Part shown: piece by piece, positions 1 through 10,475 of the stretch
Layout of the letters: each line of letters begins with the position of its first letter
Position numbering within the stretch: position 1 is the stretch's first letter
Notes under the pieces: generated by a model
Told to the model about the DNA's origin: nothing
Seen by the model: the letters and a program-made list of their open reading frames with translations, nothing else
Database searches by the model: none
From: an uncultured Acidimicrobiia bacterium
GTDB taxonomy: Bacteria > Actinomycetota > Acidimicrobiia > Acidimicrobiales > SZUA-35
Length of the DNA: 64,000 bases
Assembly (NCBI GenBank): GCA_963781035.1
Contig: CAWAEN010000015.1
Span: 166,943 to 230,942, forward strand
Reading direction: 5' to 3'
Translations under genes and position numbers: made by a program

Positions 1-109
1 CGTATCGCGGCATCGGCATCCCGGCGTGTATCGAGGGTGGCCGTTCGTTGGCCGACCGGCTGGTCGCTGCGTGACAACGACGGGTCGCCTCGACGCGTCC
101 GCCTCACCG

Positions 110-1561
110 ATGACCCGGCGTCAGGTGCCCGTTTGGGCGCGATGCGCCATCGCCGGCATCTGCATCGCCGGCTCCGTTCCGCCGTGGGGATGGTGGCCGC
201 TGGCATTCGTCGGGTTCGCCATCGTCGATCGTCTCCTCGTGGGCACCACGGCCAAACAGCGTTTCGGTCGAATGTGGACCGTCGGTGTGTGGTGGCTCGG
301 GCCGGCGATGCTCTGGATGATCGACCTCACACCGCCCGGCTATGTCATCGCGGTCCTGCTCTACTCGGCGTACTACGGCGTCGCCGCCGCACTGACGCCG
401 CCAGACGCACGAAGGCGTTGGATCTTCCCGGGAGCATTTGCGGTTGCCGAGCTCGTTCGTTGGCATTGGCCCTTCGGCGGGGTGCCGCTGGCCAACGTCG
501 CCCTGAGCCAGGTCGACTCACCCATCGGCCAGACCGCCAAGCTGTTCGGACCGCTGTTCGTGATCATCCTCGTGATCGTGATCGGTCAGGCCCTGGCCGC
601 TGTCCTCGTCGAACGGGAAACCACGGCACCCCGCATTGCCGGCGTGGTGATCCTGGTGTCGCTCGCCGCAGCGTGGCTCCACCCTCGCGCCGACGTGGTC
701 GGCGAGCTCGACGCGGCCGTTGTCCAAGGCGGCGGGCCGACCCGGACCCGAGCGTCATCCGATCAACAGCCGGTCGTTCTTGCTCGCCACGTCGAGGCAA
801 CACGTCAGATCTCCGAGCCCGTCGACCTGGTGCTCTGGCCGGAGAACGTGGTCAATCCCGGCCGGTTCCTCGACATCGACGATGCCGCAGGCGTCGTCGG
901 CGAGGTCGCCGTCGAACAGGACGCGACCCTGCTGGCCGGTTGGTTCTATCCCATCAACGACGGAACGGCCACGGTGAACTACCAGGCCGCGATCACACCA
1001 GCGGGCGAGGAAGTCGATCGATACGACAAGGTGCGGATCGTGCCGTTCGGCGAGTACGTGCCGTTGCGGGGACTGATCGAACGGTTCAGCAGTGAGATCC
1101 CCAGTCGCGATGTCGTCCCGGGAACCGGACCGGCCGTGGTCGACACACCGGTCGGCACGATCGGCGTGGCCATCTCGTGGGAGGCCTACTTCGAGCGTCG
1201 CTCGAGAGATGCTGTCGAGAACGGAGCGCAGCTGCTGGTGAATCCGACCAACGGCTCGTCCTACTGGCTCACCCAGGTCCACACCCAACAAGTGGCCTCG
1301 AACCAGCTCCGGGCAATCGAGAACGATCGTTGGCTCCTGATGGCCGCACCGACCGGACTGTCTGCGGTGATCAACGCCGATGGCACGCTGCTGCAGCGTT
1401 CGGACATCGGCGAACGCATCGTCTTGGAGGCAACGGTCGAGATGCGCAGTGGACGGACCCTGGCCAGCCTCGTCGGATTCTGGCCGGTGTTGGTCTACGG
1501 CCTGACCGCGCTCGCCTCCCCCCTCGTTCTGCGGCAGCTGAGCCTCACTTCTGAGGTCTGA
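110..1561 (+). CDS. lnt: apolipoprotein N-acyltransferase
   Basis: ORF 26..1561. Multi-TM N-terminus, then a CN-hydrolase domain (VLWPENV, ISWEAYF). ATG at 110 (MTRRQVP) preferred over GTG at 26. Confidence 0.85.
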   Translation: MTRRQVPVWARCAIAGICIAGSVPPWGWWPLAFVGFAIVDRLLVGTTAKQRFGRMWTVGVWWLGPAMLWMIDLTPPGYVIAVLLYSAYYGVAAALTPPDARRRWIFPGAFAVAELVRWHWPFGGVPLANVALSQVDSPIGQTAKLFGPLFVIILVIVIGQALAAVLVERETTAPRIAGVVILVSLAAAWLHPRADVVGELDAAVVQGGGPTRTRASSDQQPVVLARHVEATRQISEPVDLVLWPENVVNPGRFLDIDDAAGVVGEVAVEQDATLLAGWFYPINDGTATVNYQAAITPAGEEVDRYDKVRIVPFGEYVPLRGLIERFSSEIPSRDVVPGTGPAVVDTPVGTIGVAISWEAYFERRSRDAVENGAQLLVNPTNGSSYWLTQVHTQQVASNQLRAIENDRWLLMAAPTGLSAVINADGTLLQRSDIGERIVLEATVEMRSGRTLASLVGFWPVLVYGLTALASPLVLRQLSLTSEV

Positions 1562-1581
1562 GTTCCGCAGAACGGGGGTCA
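1518..1581. repeat. palindromic intergenic repeat, copy A (CCCCCCTCGTTCTGCGG ... CCGCAGAACGGGGGTCA)
   Basis: Inverted arms read directly. Sits at the convergent lnt/dinB junction and contains the dinB stop codon. Related copies at 4132, 14155, 16042, 45838 and 50793. Confidence 0.65.
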
Positions 1582-2780
1582 GTCGGGTAGGAGGGGGACG
1601 GACCGGTCGCGGCGACCGACCAACGCCGTGCGGCCGATCGACCGCTTGCCGAAGCGATCGCGGATCTGGTCGACCGCGGCATCGAGCTCGATCGGGTGAC
1701 GGTCGTCGAAGTCGAACGCCATCTGTACCGCGGCGTCGCTGGTCAGGCCGGTGACCGAGAGGCCGATCTTGGTGAGCCCGCGCTGCTCGGCTTCCGGCCA
1801 GACGATGTCGAGGAGGCGACGGGCTTCGAACAGGATCACCTCGGTCGATGAGGTGGCTTGCACCATCGTGTGGGATCGCGTGGCCTGGGTGAAGTCGCCG
1901 AAGCGAAGGCGGAGCACCACCGTCCGAGCCACACGATCCGCGTTTCGCAGCCGATGACTCACCCCGTCGACGACCTCCAGCAGGATGGCGTCGCAATCAA
2001 GACGCACGAGCCTTCGCCGCGGGAAGGACCGCTGGGACCCGATCGATCGTCGCCGACGGCCGGTGTCGACCCGGCGTGGGTCGCGGTTGTGGGCCAGTGC
2101 GTGGAGGTGGTGCCCGGATCCCCGGCCGAGCATGGCGATCAGGGCGTCCTCGTCGAGCGCAGCGACCTGGGCCACGGTGAAGAGCCCTCGCTTGTTGAGC
2201 TTCAGAGCGGTGACCGCACCGACACCCCACAGCTTCTCGACCGGCAGCGGATGAAGGAATGCGAGCTCACCGCCGACCGGAACCACCAACAAGCCATCGG
2301 GCTTCGAGACGCCGCTCGCCACCTTGGCCAGGAATTTGGTCGACGCCACACCAACGCTGATCGGGATCCCGACCTCGGCGAGCACTCGTTGTCGCAGGCG
2401 CCGAGCGATGCCGACCGGCCCTCCCCGAAGGCGCCACAGGCCGGTGACATCGAGGAACGCCTCGTCGATCGACATGCCTTCGACCTCGGGAGTCGTGTCG
2501 TGGAAGATCTCGAAGACGGCCTTGCTGGCCTCGATGTAGGCCGACATCCGCGGTGGGACCTCGATCACCTCGGGGCAGCGACGGCGGGCCTCTCCCCGCT
2601 CATCGCGGTGCGCACGCCGAAAGCCCGGGCTTCGTAGCTGGCAGCGAGCACGACACCGCCGCCGACCATCATCGGCCGGTTGCGGAGAGACGGGTCGTCG
2701 CGCTGCTCGACCGACGCGTAGAAGGCATCGAGATCGGCATGGAGGATCGATCGAACCTGCGGAGTGCGCGTCGACGTCAT
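1579..2780 (-). pseudogene. dinB: DNA polymerase IV (Y-family), frame-disrupted
   Basis: N-terminus [19 protein letters not shown]...[14 protein letters not shown] lies in frame 2565..3089. The rest ([42 protein letters not shown]) lies in frame 1579..2889. Frames switch at a C/G run near 2591-2599. Confidence 0.85.
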
Positions 2781-2795
2781 CGAACACATGTTCGC
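2780..2795. promoter_or_regulatory. LexA SOS box (TCGAACACATGTTCGC) overlapping the dinB start
   Basis: Matches the actinobacterial/Gram-positive SOS consensus TCGAAC-N4-GTTCGA in 15 of 16 positions. Overlaps the dinB ATG candidates at 2780 and 2789. Confidence 0.7.
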
Positions 2796-2884
2796 ACAGG
2801 GCGGAGGGCCCGACAAGCCCCGCGTGACAGGCACGGCCAGGGTTCGTAGTGTGCCGATGGAGGTGATCACGATCACGTCCATCA

Positions 2885-2923
2885 CACATCCATCAGCCAC
2901 ATCCATCAACCACATCCATGAAC
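2885..2923. repeat. 3 x 13-bp direct tandem repeat (CACATCCATCAGC / CACATCCATCAAC / CACATCCATGAAC)
   Basis: Read directly. Relatively AT-rich. Lies in the divergent dinB / LLM-oxidoreductase intergenic region, 26 bp upstream of the ATG at 2949. Confidence 0.8.
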
Positions 2924-2948
2924 GCAAACACTCAGAGGGGACCCTGAC

Positions 2949-4118
2949 ATGCGACTCCGATTCGGCACCTTCATGGCGCCATTCCACCCACCCGAGCACA
3001 ACCCGACCTTGGCCCTCGAGGGCGACCTCGAGCTGATCCAACACATGGACACCCTCGGCTTCGACGAGGCCTGGATCGGCGAGCACCACTCCGCCGGCAG
3101 CGAGATCATCGCCTCGCCGGAGATCTTCATCATGGCTGCGGCCGAACGAACCAAGAACATCAAGCTCGGCACCGGCGTCGTGTCACTGCCCTACCACAAC
3201 CCACTGTGGGTGGCCGAGCGCATGGTGCTGCTCGACCATCTCACCCGCGGTCGTGTGATGTTCGGCGTGGGCCCCGGCGCCCTCCCGACCGACGCTGCCA
3301 TGCTCGGCCTCGAACCGCCCCAGATGCGACCGTTGCTCGAGGAGTACCTCGAGATCGTGATGCACCTGCTCACGTCGGAGGAGCCCATCAGCTACGAGAA
3401 CGACCGCCTGACGCTGAAGGACGCACGGCTCCACCTGCGCCCCTACTCCGAGCCGCTGTTCGACATGGCGGTCGCTGCCGTCGCCTCCCCGTCCGGGGCG
3501 AAACTGGCCGGCAAGTACGGCCACGGTGTGCTCTCACTCGGGGCCACCGTCGCCATCGGCATGGACGTGCTGGCCCACCACTGGACCATCCAGGAAGAGA
3601 CCGCGGCCGCCAGCGGCACCGTCGCCGACCGCGACAAGTGGCGCCTCGTTGGCCTCATGCACCTCGCCGAGACCGAGGAGCAGGCCAAGGAAGACGTGAA
3701 GTACGGCATCACGCAGTGGTTCCGCTACTTCCAGAACGTGGCTGCGTTCCCGCAGATGGCGGTCGAGGGCGGCGACATCGACGAGATGATCGAATTCGTC
3801 AACGGCGGGCTCGGAGTGATCGGGACGCCGGAGCAAGCGGTCGAACAGATCGAGAGCCTGCTCGAGCAGTCGAACGGTGGCTTCGGCGCCTACCTCACAC
3901 TGGCCCACAATTGGGCCAACACCGAAGCGACCAGGAAGAGTTACGAGCTGCTGGCTCGCCACGTCATGCCGAGGTTCCAGAGTGGCGGCGGTGGGTTGGT
4001 CGCCGCCGCCGAACGGGCCCGAGCTGTTCGTCCGGAATTGGCGGACAAGCAGATGCTTGCGGTCGAGGAAGCCACCGCCCGCTACGAGGAGGAAAAGGGC
4101 GCCATCGTCCTCACCTGA
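2949..4118 (+). CDS. LLM-class flavin-dependent oxidoreductase (luciferase-like monooxygenase)
   Basis: 389-aa [18 protein letters not shown]...[12 protein letters not shown] is typical of luciferase-like monooxygenases. Confidence 0.85.
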   Translation: MRLRFGTFMAPFHPPEHNPTLALEGDLELIQHMDTLGFDEAWIGEHHSAGSEIIASPEIFIMAAAERTKNIKLGTGVVSLPYHNPLWVAERMVLLDHLTRGRVMFGVGPGALPTDAAMLGLEPPQMRPLLEEYLEIVMHLLTSEEPISYENDRLTLKDARLHLRPYSEPLFDMAVAAVASPSGAKLAGKYGHGVLSLGATVAIGMDVLAHHWTIQEETAAASGTVADRDKWRLVGLMHLAETEEQAKEDVKYGITQWFRYFQNVAAFPQMAVEGGDIDEMIEFVNGGLGVIGTPEQAVEQIESLLEQSNGGFGAYLTLAHNWANTEATRKSYELLARHVMPRFQSGGGGLVAAAERARAVRPELADKQMLAVEEATARYEEEKGAIVLT

Positions 4119-4131
4119 TCCACGCCGCTGA

Positions 4132-4200
4132 TCCACCCCGTTCTGCGGAGTCGCACCCTCACTTCTGGGGGCTGCGTGCCGCAGAACGAGGGGTGGTGGA
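4132..4200. repeat. palindromic intergenic repeat, copy B (TCCACCCCGTTCTGCGG ... CCGCAGAACGAGGGGTGGTGGA)
   Basis: Same arm sequence and inner CCTCACTTCTG core as copy A. Lies between convergent genes ending at 4118 and 4212. Confidence 0.65.
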
Positions 4201-4211
4201 CAGAGCTTCGC

Positions 4212-4406
4212 TCAGGTGGGGTTGGGGCTGCGACCGACGAAGAACATCCACAGTCCGCCGACCACGAAGAACACCGCAGCGAACGACAAGACGGCACTCA
4301 TCGCACCGCCGATGAGGGGCACCCACGTGAAGATGTTGCGGATCAGGAAGGCGATGATCCCGACGATGACGAGTGTGAGGCCGGGACGATCAACAATGAA
4401 ACCCAT
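4212..4406 (-). CDS. small membrane protein (2 predicted TM helices), function unknown
   Basis: 64-aa ORF that is strongly hydrophobic (LTLVIVGIIAFLI, AMSAVLSFAAVFFVVGGLWMFFV). No family recognised. Confidence 0.5.
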   Translation of the reverse strand: MGFIVDRPGLTLVIVGIIAFLIRNIFTWVPLIGGAMSAVLSFAAVFFVVGGLWMFFVGRSPNPT

Positions 4407-4586
4407 GGAGCGATCCTATGGTCGGGGACAGTTGCCGACAGCGAACGGCGCCGGAACTGTCCCGGGCCACCGGTCGTTGACTGGTAGCTGAACGGCGCCG
4501 ACCCGCTTCGAGTTCCCGCCGGTCGACATCCGGTCCCGACCGGCACGTGACACCGATCCCCGCATCCACCGACACGAAAGCACCCC

Positions 4587-5546
4587 ATGGTTGCCACTCT
4601 GACCGACATCAGCCCCATCACATGGGAACACCCGACAGACCGGGCGGCCCTCGGGGCACTGCAGCAGCTCCCGGGGTTCGACACCGTCCTGCGCAAGGCG
4701 ATCGGCATGTTCGGCGAACGCAACATCCGCATGAGCTACCAGGCCGAGGCGGTCAAGGTCGGCTCATCGCAGTATCCGGACATCCACGAACAGCTGCTGC
4801 GGGTCTGCGACGTCCTCGACACCGACGTGCCGCCGCTCTACATCTCTCAGACGCACTTGGCGAACGCCGGAGCGGTCGGCATGGACCGACCCTTCATCGT
4901 GCTGAACTCCTCGCTGGTCGAACTCTTGAGGCCACGAGAGATGCGGGCCGTCCTCGGTCACGAGGTCGGCCACCTCATGAGCGGACACGCGCTCTACCGC
5001 ACCCTGCTGTTCCTCCTTCTCGACTACGCCAGACCATCGGTGCCCGTGCTCGGCCAGGCGGTCCTGCCGATCACGTTGGCTCTCCAGGAATGGAGCCGGA
5101 AGGCTGAGATCTCGTGCGACCGGGCGGGCCTGCTCGCCACACAGAAGCCAAAGGCCTCATACGGTCTGCTCGCAGCGATGGCCGGCGGAATCCGGGGCCG
5201 AAAGGGTGAAATCGACCTCCCGTCGTTCCTGGCCCAGTCGGACGAGTATTTGGATGCCGAAGGACTCGACGCGTACTACAAGTTCATGTCGACGCTCGGA
5301 CGATCACATCCGTTCCCGGTGGTTCGCGTCGCCGAGCTGCGCAGGTGGATCAGCAGCGGTGCCTTCGACGCCATCGTCGACGGCGACTACGTCCGCCGAG
5401 CCGACGAGCATCAGTACCTCGAAGATGTCAACGAGGCCCGTCGGAACTTCTCCGACACTGCGTCCCACGTCTTCGAAGACACCGAGCGTTACGTCAACAA
5501 CGCACTCCTGGGGTTTGCCGAGAAGGCTGCCGGCCTCTTGCGATAG
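4587..5546 (+). CDS. M48-family zinc metallopeptidase (HtpX-like)
   Basis: 319-aa ORF with an HExxH motif (LGHEVGHLMSGHALY). Confidence 0.85.
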   Translation: MVATLTDISPITWEHPTDRAALGALQQLPGFDTVLRKAIGMFGERNIRMSYQAEAVKVGSSQYPDIHEQLLRVCDVLDTDVPPLYISQTHLANAGAVGMDRPFIVLNSSLVELLRPREMRAVLGHEVGHLMSGHALYRTLLFLLLDYARPSVPVLGQAVLPITLALQEWSRKAEISCDRAGLLATQKPKASYGLLAAMAGGIRGRKGEIDLPSFLAQSDEYLDAEGLDAYYKFMSTLGRSHPFPVVRVAELRRWISSGAFDAIVDGDYVRRADEHQYLEDVNEARRNFSDTASHVFEDTERYVNNALLGFAEKAAGLLR

Positions 5547-5684
5547 TCGGGTCGGCCATGGCTCCACCAGTGACCGCCAACAGTGACTTCTTCCCCTACC
5601 GGCAAGGCCGGATGAACACGACGATCGGCACATGTCTCGATACCCGCGCTCCCTCTTCGGGCCAGACGAATTCGGCGGTGTTCC

Positions 5685-6476
5685 ATGGTGACGATCATCG
5701 ACCTCCCGGAACGTCACCAGCAGTCGTACTTCGTGTGCCTGGAGGACTGGTCGCAAGAAATGGTCGAGGCCGGCGACCACAAACGTGACTGGTTTGCCGG
5801 CGCCGCACAGCACGGGTTGCGAGTGAAGGTCGCGATCGACGACCAGGATCAGGCGGTCGGCATGATCCAGTACCTGCCCATCGAAGAGGCACCGGCGGAA
5901 GGCGTGGGGCTCTACATGATCCTGTGCATCTGGGTGCACGGCTACGACGAAGGAGTCGGGGACGTCCAGCGTCGAGGCATCGGCTCCGCGTTGCTCGAGG
6001 CCGCCGAGGCCGACGCAAGAGACCTCGGGGCCACCGGCATGGCGGCCTGGGGCCTGAGGATCCCGATCTGGATGCGGGCCTCCTGGTTCAAGAAACATGG
6101 ATATCGGGCGGCAGACAACCAAGCCGGCCGGCAGCTCGTGTGGAAGCCGTTCACACCGATGGCTCGGGAGCCGAACTGGATTTCGAGCAAGCCGGTCCCT
6201 CGGGGCGAGCCGGGACAGGTGACGGTGACCGCCTTCAAGAACGGATGGTGTCCGGCGGCAAATCTCGTCTTCGAACGAGCCAGGAAAGCAGCCGACGAAC
6301 TCGGGGACAGAGTCGTTTTCGTCACAATCGACGTGGCAACCAAGGCAGACCTCCTGCACTACGGGCACACTGACGAGGTGTTCGTCGACGGAAAGCCTGT
6401 GCAACGAGGAGCTCCTCCGAGCTACGGGACGATCAAGAAGAAGATCGAGAAACGGCTGCACCGTCTTGCCCGGTGA
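5685..6476 (+). CDS. GNAT-family N-acetyltransferase with a C-terminal thioredoxin-fold-like extension
   Basis: 263-aa ORF. Acetyl-CoA binding-like segment QRRGIGSALLEAAEADARDLG. C-terminal region has GWCPAAN. Confidence 0.7.
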   Translation: MVTIIDLPERHQQSYFVCLEDWSQEMVEAGDHKRDWFAGAAQHGLRVKVAIDDQDQAVGMIQYLPIEEAPAEGVGLYMILCIWVHGYDEGVGDVQRRGIGSALLEAAEADARDLGATGMAAWGLRIPIWMRASWFKKHGYRAADNQAGRQLVWKPFTPMAREPNWISSKPVPRGEPGQVTVTAFKNGWCPAANLVFERARKAADELGDRVVFVTIDVATKADLLHYGHTDEVFVDGKPVQRGAPPSYGTIKKKIEKRLHRLAR

Positions 6477-6515
6477 CCGCAGCCCTGTTGACTGCACCTC
6501 GGTGAGGGCGGTCGG

Positions 6516-7175
6516 ATGACTGCTGCTCACCCGGCCGCGCCGATCACCATCGCTCGACCGCTCCTGCGTGGCTGGAGTCATGTCGGCGCGTTCGTGGTCG
6601 CCATTCCGGCGGGCATCGTGCTCCTCCTGCGAGCTGACCATGCTCTGACCCGAACGGCCGCTGCCATCTACATCACAACCGTTCTCCTGAGCTTCGGGAC
6701 CTCTGCCGCCTATCACCGCTTGGCTCGAACGCCCAGGGCAACGGCGATCATGCAGCGCCTCGACCACTCGATGATCTACCTGTTGATCGCTGGAACGTAT
6801 GTGCCGGCCTGCCTCGTCGGGCTTCCGCCGCGTTGGGGCATCCCGTTGCTGTCGGTGGTCGGGGTCGGCGCTGTGACCGGCATGGTCCTGAAGCTCGCCG
6901 CCTTCCACCGAGTCCAGTGGCTCTCCTACTCGCTGTACCTGGTGATCGGTTGGGCGGCCGTCGGAGCTCTTCCCGGCATGATCCGATATCTCCCAACGGC
7001 ACCGTTTCTCCTGATCATGGGCGGCGGGCTGCTCTACACGCTCGGCTTTCCCGTTCTCATGCGAAAGCGCCCCGACCCGTGGCCCAGCGTGTTCGGCTAT
7101 CACGAGATCTGGCACGTCCTGACGGTGCTCGCTGCGACCCTGCACTTCGGAGCCGTCGCTCTCCTCGTGACCTGA
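6516..7175 (+). CDS. hemolysin III / PAQR-family membrane protein
   Basis: 219-aa polytopic ORF with conserved AYHRL, DHSMIYLLIAGTY and HEIWHVLTV motifs. Confidence 0.85.
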   Translation: MTAAHPAAPITIARPLLRGWSHVGAFVVAIPAGIVLLLRADHALTRTAAAIYITTVLLSFGTSAAYHRLARTPRATAIMQRLDHSMIYLLIAGTYVPACLVGLPPRWGIPLLSVVGVGAVTGMVLKLAAFHRVQWLSYSLYLVIGWAAVGALPGMIRYLPTAPFLLIMGGGLLYTLGFPVLMRKRPDPWPSVFGYHEIWHVLTVLAATLHFGAVALLVT

Positions 7176-7240
7176 AACCGGTTGATGCGAAAACGGACTT
7201 CGGGCCCTGTCGCAGAACGGATCAGACCGGCAACCTCTGA

Positions 7241-9076
7241 GTGACCGCCGTTTCGAGACTGGAAAGCGCCATGCCCACCGACCACACGACCAACACCCCG
7301 GACGGACCATCCATTGGCCGAGGCGAGACCGACCACCTCCTCGTTCCACTGTTGGACGCAGTTCGAAATGCGCCGGACCGGCCGATGGCCTCGGTGCGCC
7401 GCGGTGACACCTTCGTCGATCGATCCGCCGCCGAGGTGTGGCAACGCGTTGAGTCTCTGGCTCGTGGACTGATCGCCCGCGGAGTCGAGTTCGGTGACCG
7501 GGTCGCGCTCATGTCGTCGACGCGCCTCGAGTGGCTCGAGGTCGACCTCGCAATCAACGCTGCCGGGGCGGCGACGGTGCCGATCTACGACACATCATCG
7601 GCCGAGCAGGTCGAATGGATCCTGATCGACAGTGGTGCGAAGGCCCTGGTGTGCGAGACCAGCGCCATGCGCGACCTCGTTCCCCCAGACTCGCCATGCA
7701 CTGACCTGCTCACCATCGAAGACGGCGATCTCGATGAGCTCGCAGCCGCTGGCGCAGTCGTCGATCCGGGGGAAGTCACCGGGCGGATCGAACAGCTCCG
7801 CGCCGAGTCGGTTGCGACGCTGATCTACACATCGGGAACCACCGGGCGGCCGAAGGGTTGTGTCCTGACCCATGGCAATCTTCGGTCGAACGTCCACCAG
7901 GTCACCGATGCGCTCGGCGATTCGATCGGGCCGTCGGACACGGTCCTCGTCTTCCTCCCGCTCGCACACATCCTCACCAAGACCACGGTCGAGTTCGCGC
8001 TCGACCGCGGTGTCCGCGTCGCGTTCGCCTCGTCCATCGCCGAGCTCCCGAACGAGCTCGCCATGGTGAAACCAACAGTGATCTCCTCGGTGCCTCGCAT
8101 CTTCGAGAAGGTCTTCGCCAAGGCGCAGCACACCGCGGCGACGGAGAAGAAGACCCGCATCTTCGATCACGCAGCGGAGGTTGCCGGGCGCTGGTCCAGA
8201 CAACGAGCAGCGGGCCGAGTGGCGCCGCTGACCCGGGTCCAACACGCCATCTTCGACCGCCTCCTCTACACCAAGATCAAGGCCGGGTTCGGCGGGGAAC
8301 TTCGTATGGCGTTCTCCGGCGGAGGTCCACTCGGCGAGCGGCTCTGCTCGTTCTTCGATGGAATCGGAGTTCGCATCTACGAGGGCTACGGACTCACCGA
8401 GACCAGCCCGCTCCTCACGATCAATCGGACAGACAGCTGGAAGCCGGGCACCGTCGGGCTGCCGGCTGTCGGCACCATGATCGACGTCGCCGCCGACGGA
8501 GAACTCCTCGTCACCGGACCCCAGGTGTTCAGTCACTATTGGCAGAACGACGAGGCAACCGCAGAAGCCTTCGACGAGCGGGGCCGATTCCACACCGGCG
8601 ACATCGGCGAGTTCGACAGCGACGGCTTCCTCCGAATCACCGGACGGAAGAAGGAATTGATCGTCACCGCCGCCGGCAAGAACGTCGCCCCGCAACCGCT
8701 GGAGGACCGGATCCGATCTCATCGTCTGGTGAGCCAGGCCATGGTGCTCGGAGACAATCAACCGTTCGTGTCTGCGCTCATCACCATCGATGAGGACTCC
8801 ATCGACGATTGGAGGGCGGAGGAGGAACTCGAGCACCTCTCGATGAGTGATGTGCTGAGTTCTGATGCGTTGCGGGCCGAAGTCCAGCATGCGGTCGATG
8901 CTGCGAACGCCTCGGTTTCGAGAGCTGAGTCGATTCGCGAGTTCCGCATCTTGCCCAGAGACTTCACACTGGAGCAAGACGAGGTGACGCCAACCATGAA
9001 GGTGCGGCGCCTGACCGTCCAGGAGAACTGGGCGCACATCATCGACACGATCTACACATCGACTCATCACACCTGA
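7241..9076 (+). CDS. long-chain fatty-acid--CoA ligase (AMP-dependent synthetase)
   Basis: 611-aa ORF. AMP-binding motif LIYTSGTTGRPKGCVLTHGNL and YGLTETSP...GDIG...GRKKELI. Alternative ATG at 7271. Confidence 0.9.
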   Translation: MTAVSRLESAMPTDHTTNTPDGPSIGRGETDHLLVPLLDAVRNAPDRPMASVRRGDTFVDRSAAEVWQRVESLARGLIARGVEFGDRVALMSSTRLEWLEVDLAINAAGAATVPIYDTSSAEQVEWILIDSGAKALVCETSAMRDLVPPDSPCTDLLTIEDGDLDELAAAGAVVDPGEVTGRIEQLRAESVATLIYTSGTTGRPKGCVLTHGNLRSNVHQVTDALGDSIGPSDTVLVFLPLAHILTKTTVEFALDRGVRVAFASSIAELPNELAMVKPTVISSVPRIFEKVFAKAQHTAATEKKTRIFDHAAEVAGRWSRQRAAGRVAPLTRVQHAIFDRLLYTKIKAGFGGELRMAFSGGGPLGERLCSFFDGIGVRIYEGYGLTETSPLLTINRTDSWKPGTVGLPAVGTMIDVAADGELLVTGPQVFSHYWQNDEATAEAFDERGRFHTGDIGEFDSDGFLRITGRKKELIVTAAGKNVAPQPLEDRIRSHRLVSQAMVLGDNQPFVSALITIDEDSIDDWRAEEELEHLSMSDVLSSDALRAEVQHAVDAANASVSRAESIREFRILPRDFTLEQDEVTPTMKVRRLTVQENWAHIIDTIYTSTHHT

Positions 9077-9107
9077 CGACGGACAGGCCGGCGACTAGCT
9101 TGCGGCG

Positions 9108-10226
9108 ATGGCCTCACACGAAACGTCCGATTGGGACGTCCTCATCGACCGCGACAACCTCCACAACACAACGATCGCCACAGCTACACCCCAGGCGTTG
9201 GCCGACGGACAGGTCAGGCTGCACATCGATGCGTTCGGGCTCTCGGCGAACAACATCACCTACGCCGCCTATGGCGACATGATCGGCTACTGGGGTTTCT
9301 TTCCTGCCGACGCCGGCGAGGACGGCACGAAGTGGGGCCGCGTTCCTGTGTGGGGGTTTGCCGACGTCGTCGAATCCACTCTGTCGAGCCTGCCGGTCGG
9401 CGAGCGCATCTACGGCTACCTGCCGATGTCCACCGAACTCATCGTCGAGCCCACTCGGGTCAATGACGGCGGCTTCTTCGATGCCAGCGCGCACCGATCG
9501 GCGCTGCCTGCCACCTACAACCGCTATTCGCGCTCGTCCGGCGACCCGAGCTACTCCGCCGAGCTCGAGGACGAACAGATGCTGCTGCGTCCGCTCTTCT
9601 TCACGTCGTTCCTCATCGACGACTTCCTCGACGACAACGACTTCTTCGCCGGACCGACTGTGATCGCCACCAGCGCCTCGAGCAAGACCGCATTCGGAAC
9701 GGCAGAACTCCTGAGCAAGCGGGAGGGCATCACCGTGATCGGGCTCACCTCGCCCGGCAACGTCGAGTTCTGCCAGAAGCTCGGAACCTACGATCAGGTG
9801 TTCACCTACGACCAAGTGCTCGACGTCGACAACAGCCCGCTCAGTGCCGACACACCCTCCGTCCTGATCGACTTCGCCGGCAACCGTTCGGTGGTGGCGG
9901 CGGTACACGCCCGCCTCGGCGATCAGCTTCGCCACTCTGCCGTGATCGGCGGCACACACTGGGACGCCGAAGGCAGTGACGCACCACTTGCGGGACCGGA
10001 GCCCACCTTCTTCTTCGCCCCGACACAGATCGAGAAACGCCATGCCGAGTGGGGTGCGGCCGAGCTCGATGCCCGGCTGGGAGCTGCGTGGTCACCATTC
10101 GTCGAACGGTCGAAGCAACTCCTGACCGTCGAGCACAGCCACGGACCGGAATCGGTCATCGACCGATTCATCGAGCTGCTCGACGGGACCACTCCTCCAT
10201 CGGTGGCACACATCCTCCACCCGTGA
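9108..10226 (+). CDS. DUF2855-family protein (dehydrogenase-like fold, unknown function)
   Basis: 372-aa ORF. The N-terminal segment LSANNITYAAYGDMIGYWGFFPA resembles DUF2855 proteins, recognised from memory. Confidence 0.6.
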   Translation: MASHETSDWDVLIDRDNLHNTTIATATPQALADGQVRLHIDAFGLSANNITYAAYGDMIGYWGFFPADAGEDGTKWGRVPVWGFADVVESTLSSLPVGERIYGYLPMSTELIVEPTRVNDGGFFDASAHRSALPATYNRYSRSSGDPSYSAELEDEQMLLRPLFFTSFLIDDFLDDNDFFAGPTVIATSASSKTAFGTAELLSKREGITVIGLTSPGNVEFCQKLGTYDQVFTYDQVLDVDNSPLSADTPSVLIDFAGNRSVVAAVHARLGDQLRHSAVIGGTHWDAEGSDAPLAGPEPTFFFAPTQIEKRHAEWGAAELDARLGAAWSPFVERSKQLLTVEHSHGPESVIDRFIELLDGTTPPSVAHILHP

Positions 10227-10475
10227 GCAGCCGGTACTGATGAGCATCCAAACCCAGCGGGTCGAACCGAGCTGAAAACGCGAGAGAGCGGCGTTCCGGT
10301 CGAGCTGGCTCTGATGACCGAATGAATCGGTCCCCGTACGCCGGGTCGACGCAGCCGTAGTGGCCGGAACACCGCGTCTCGATACCGACCATCATGATCC
10401 TTCGCGGCGCCGCGCGCAAGGGACGGTTTTGTGACGAAATCGCCACTCGGCGTGGTCCGCTCTCACGCCAGAAGG

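Noticed and set aside
5304-7349. Long antisense or overlapping ORFs. Examples: 755-1996(-), 5304-7349(-), 10431-11963(+), 23479-24633(+), 42163-43689(+), 52289-53872(+), 60648-62024(+), 7595-9070(-)
   Set aside because: They are Arg/Pro/Gly-rich translations with no recognisable motifs. Each lies opposite or out of frame to a gene with strong family signatures, which is a typical high-GC stop-codon-poor artefact.
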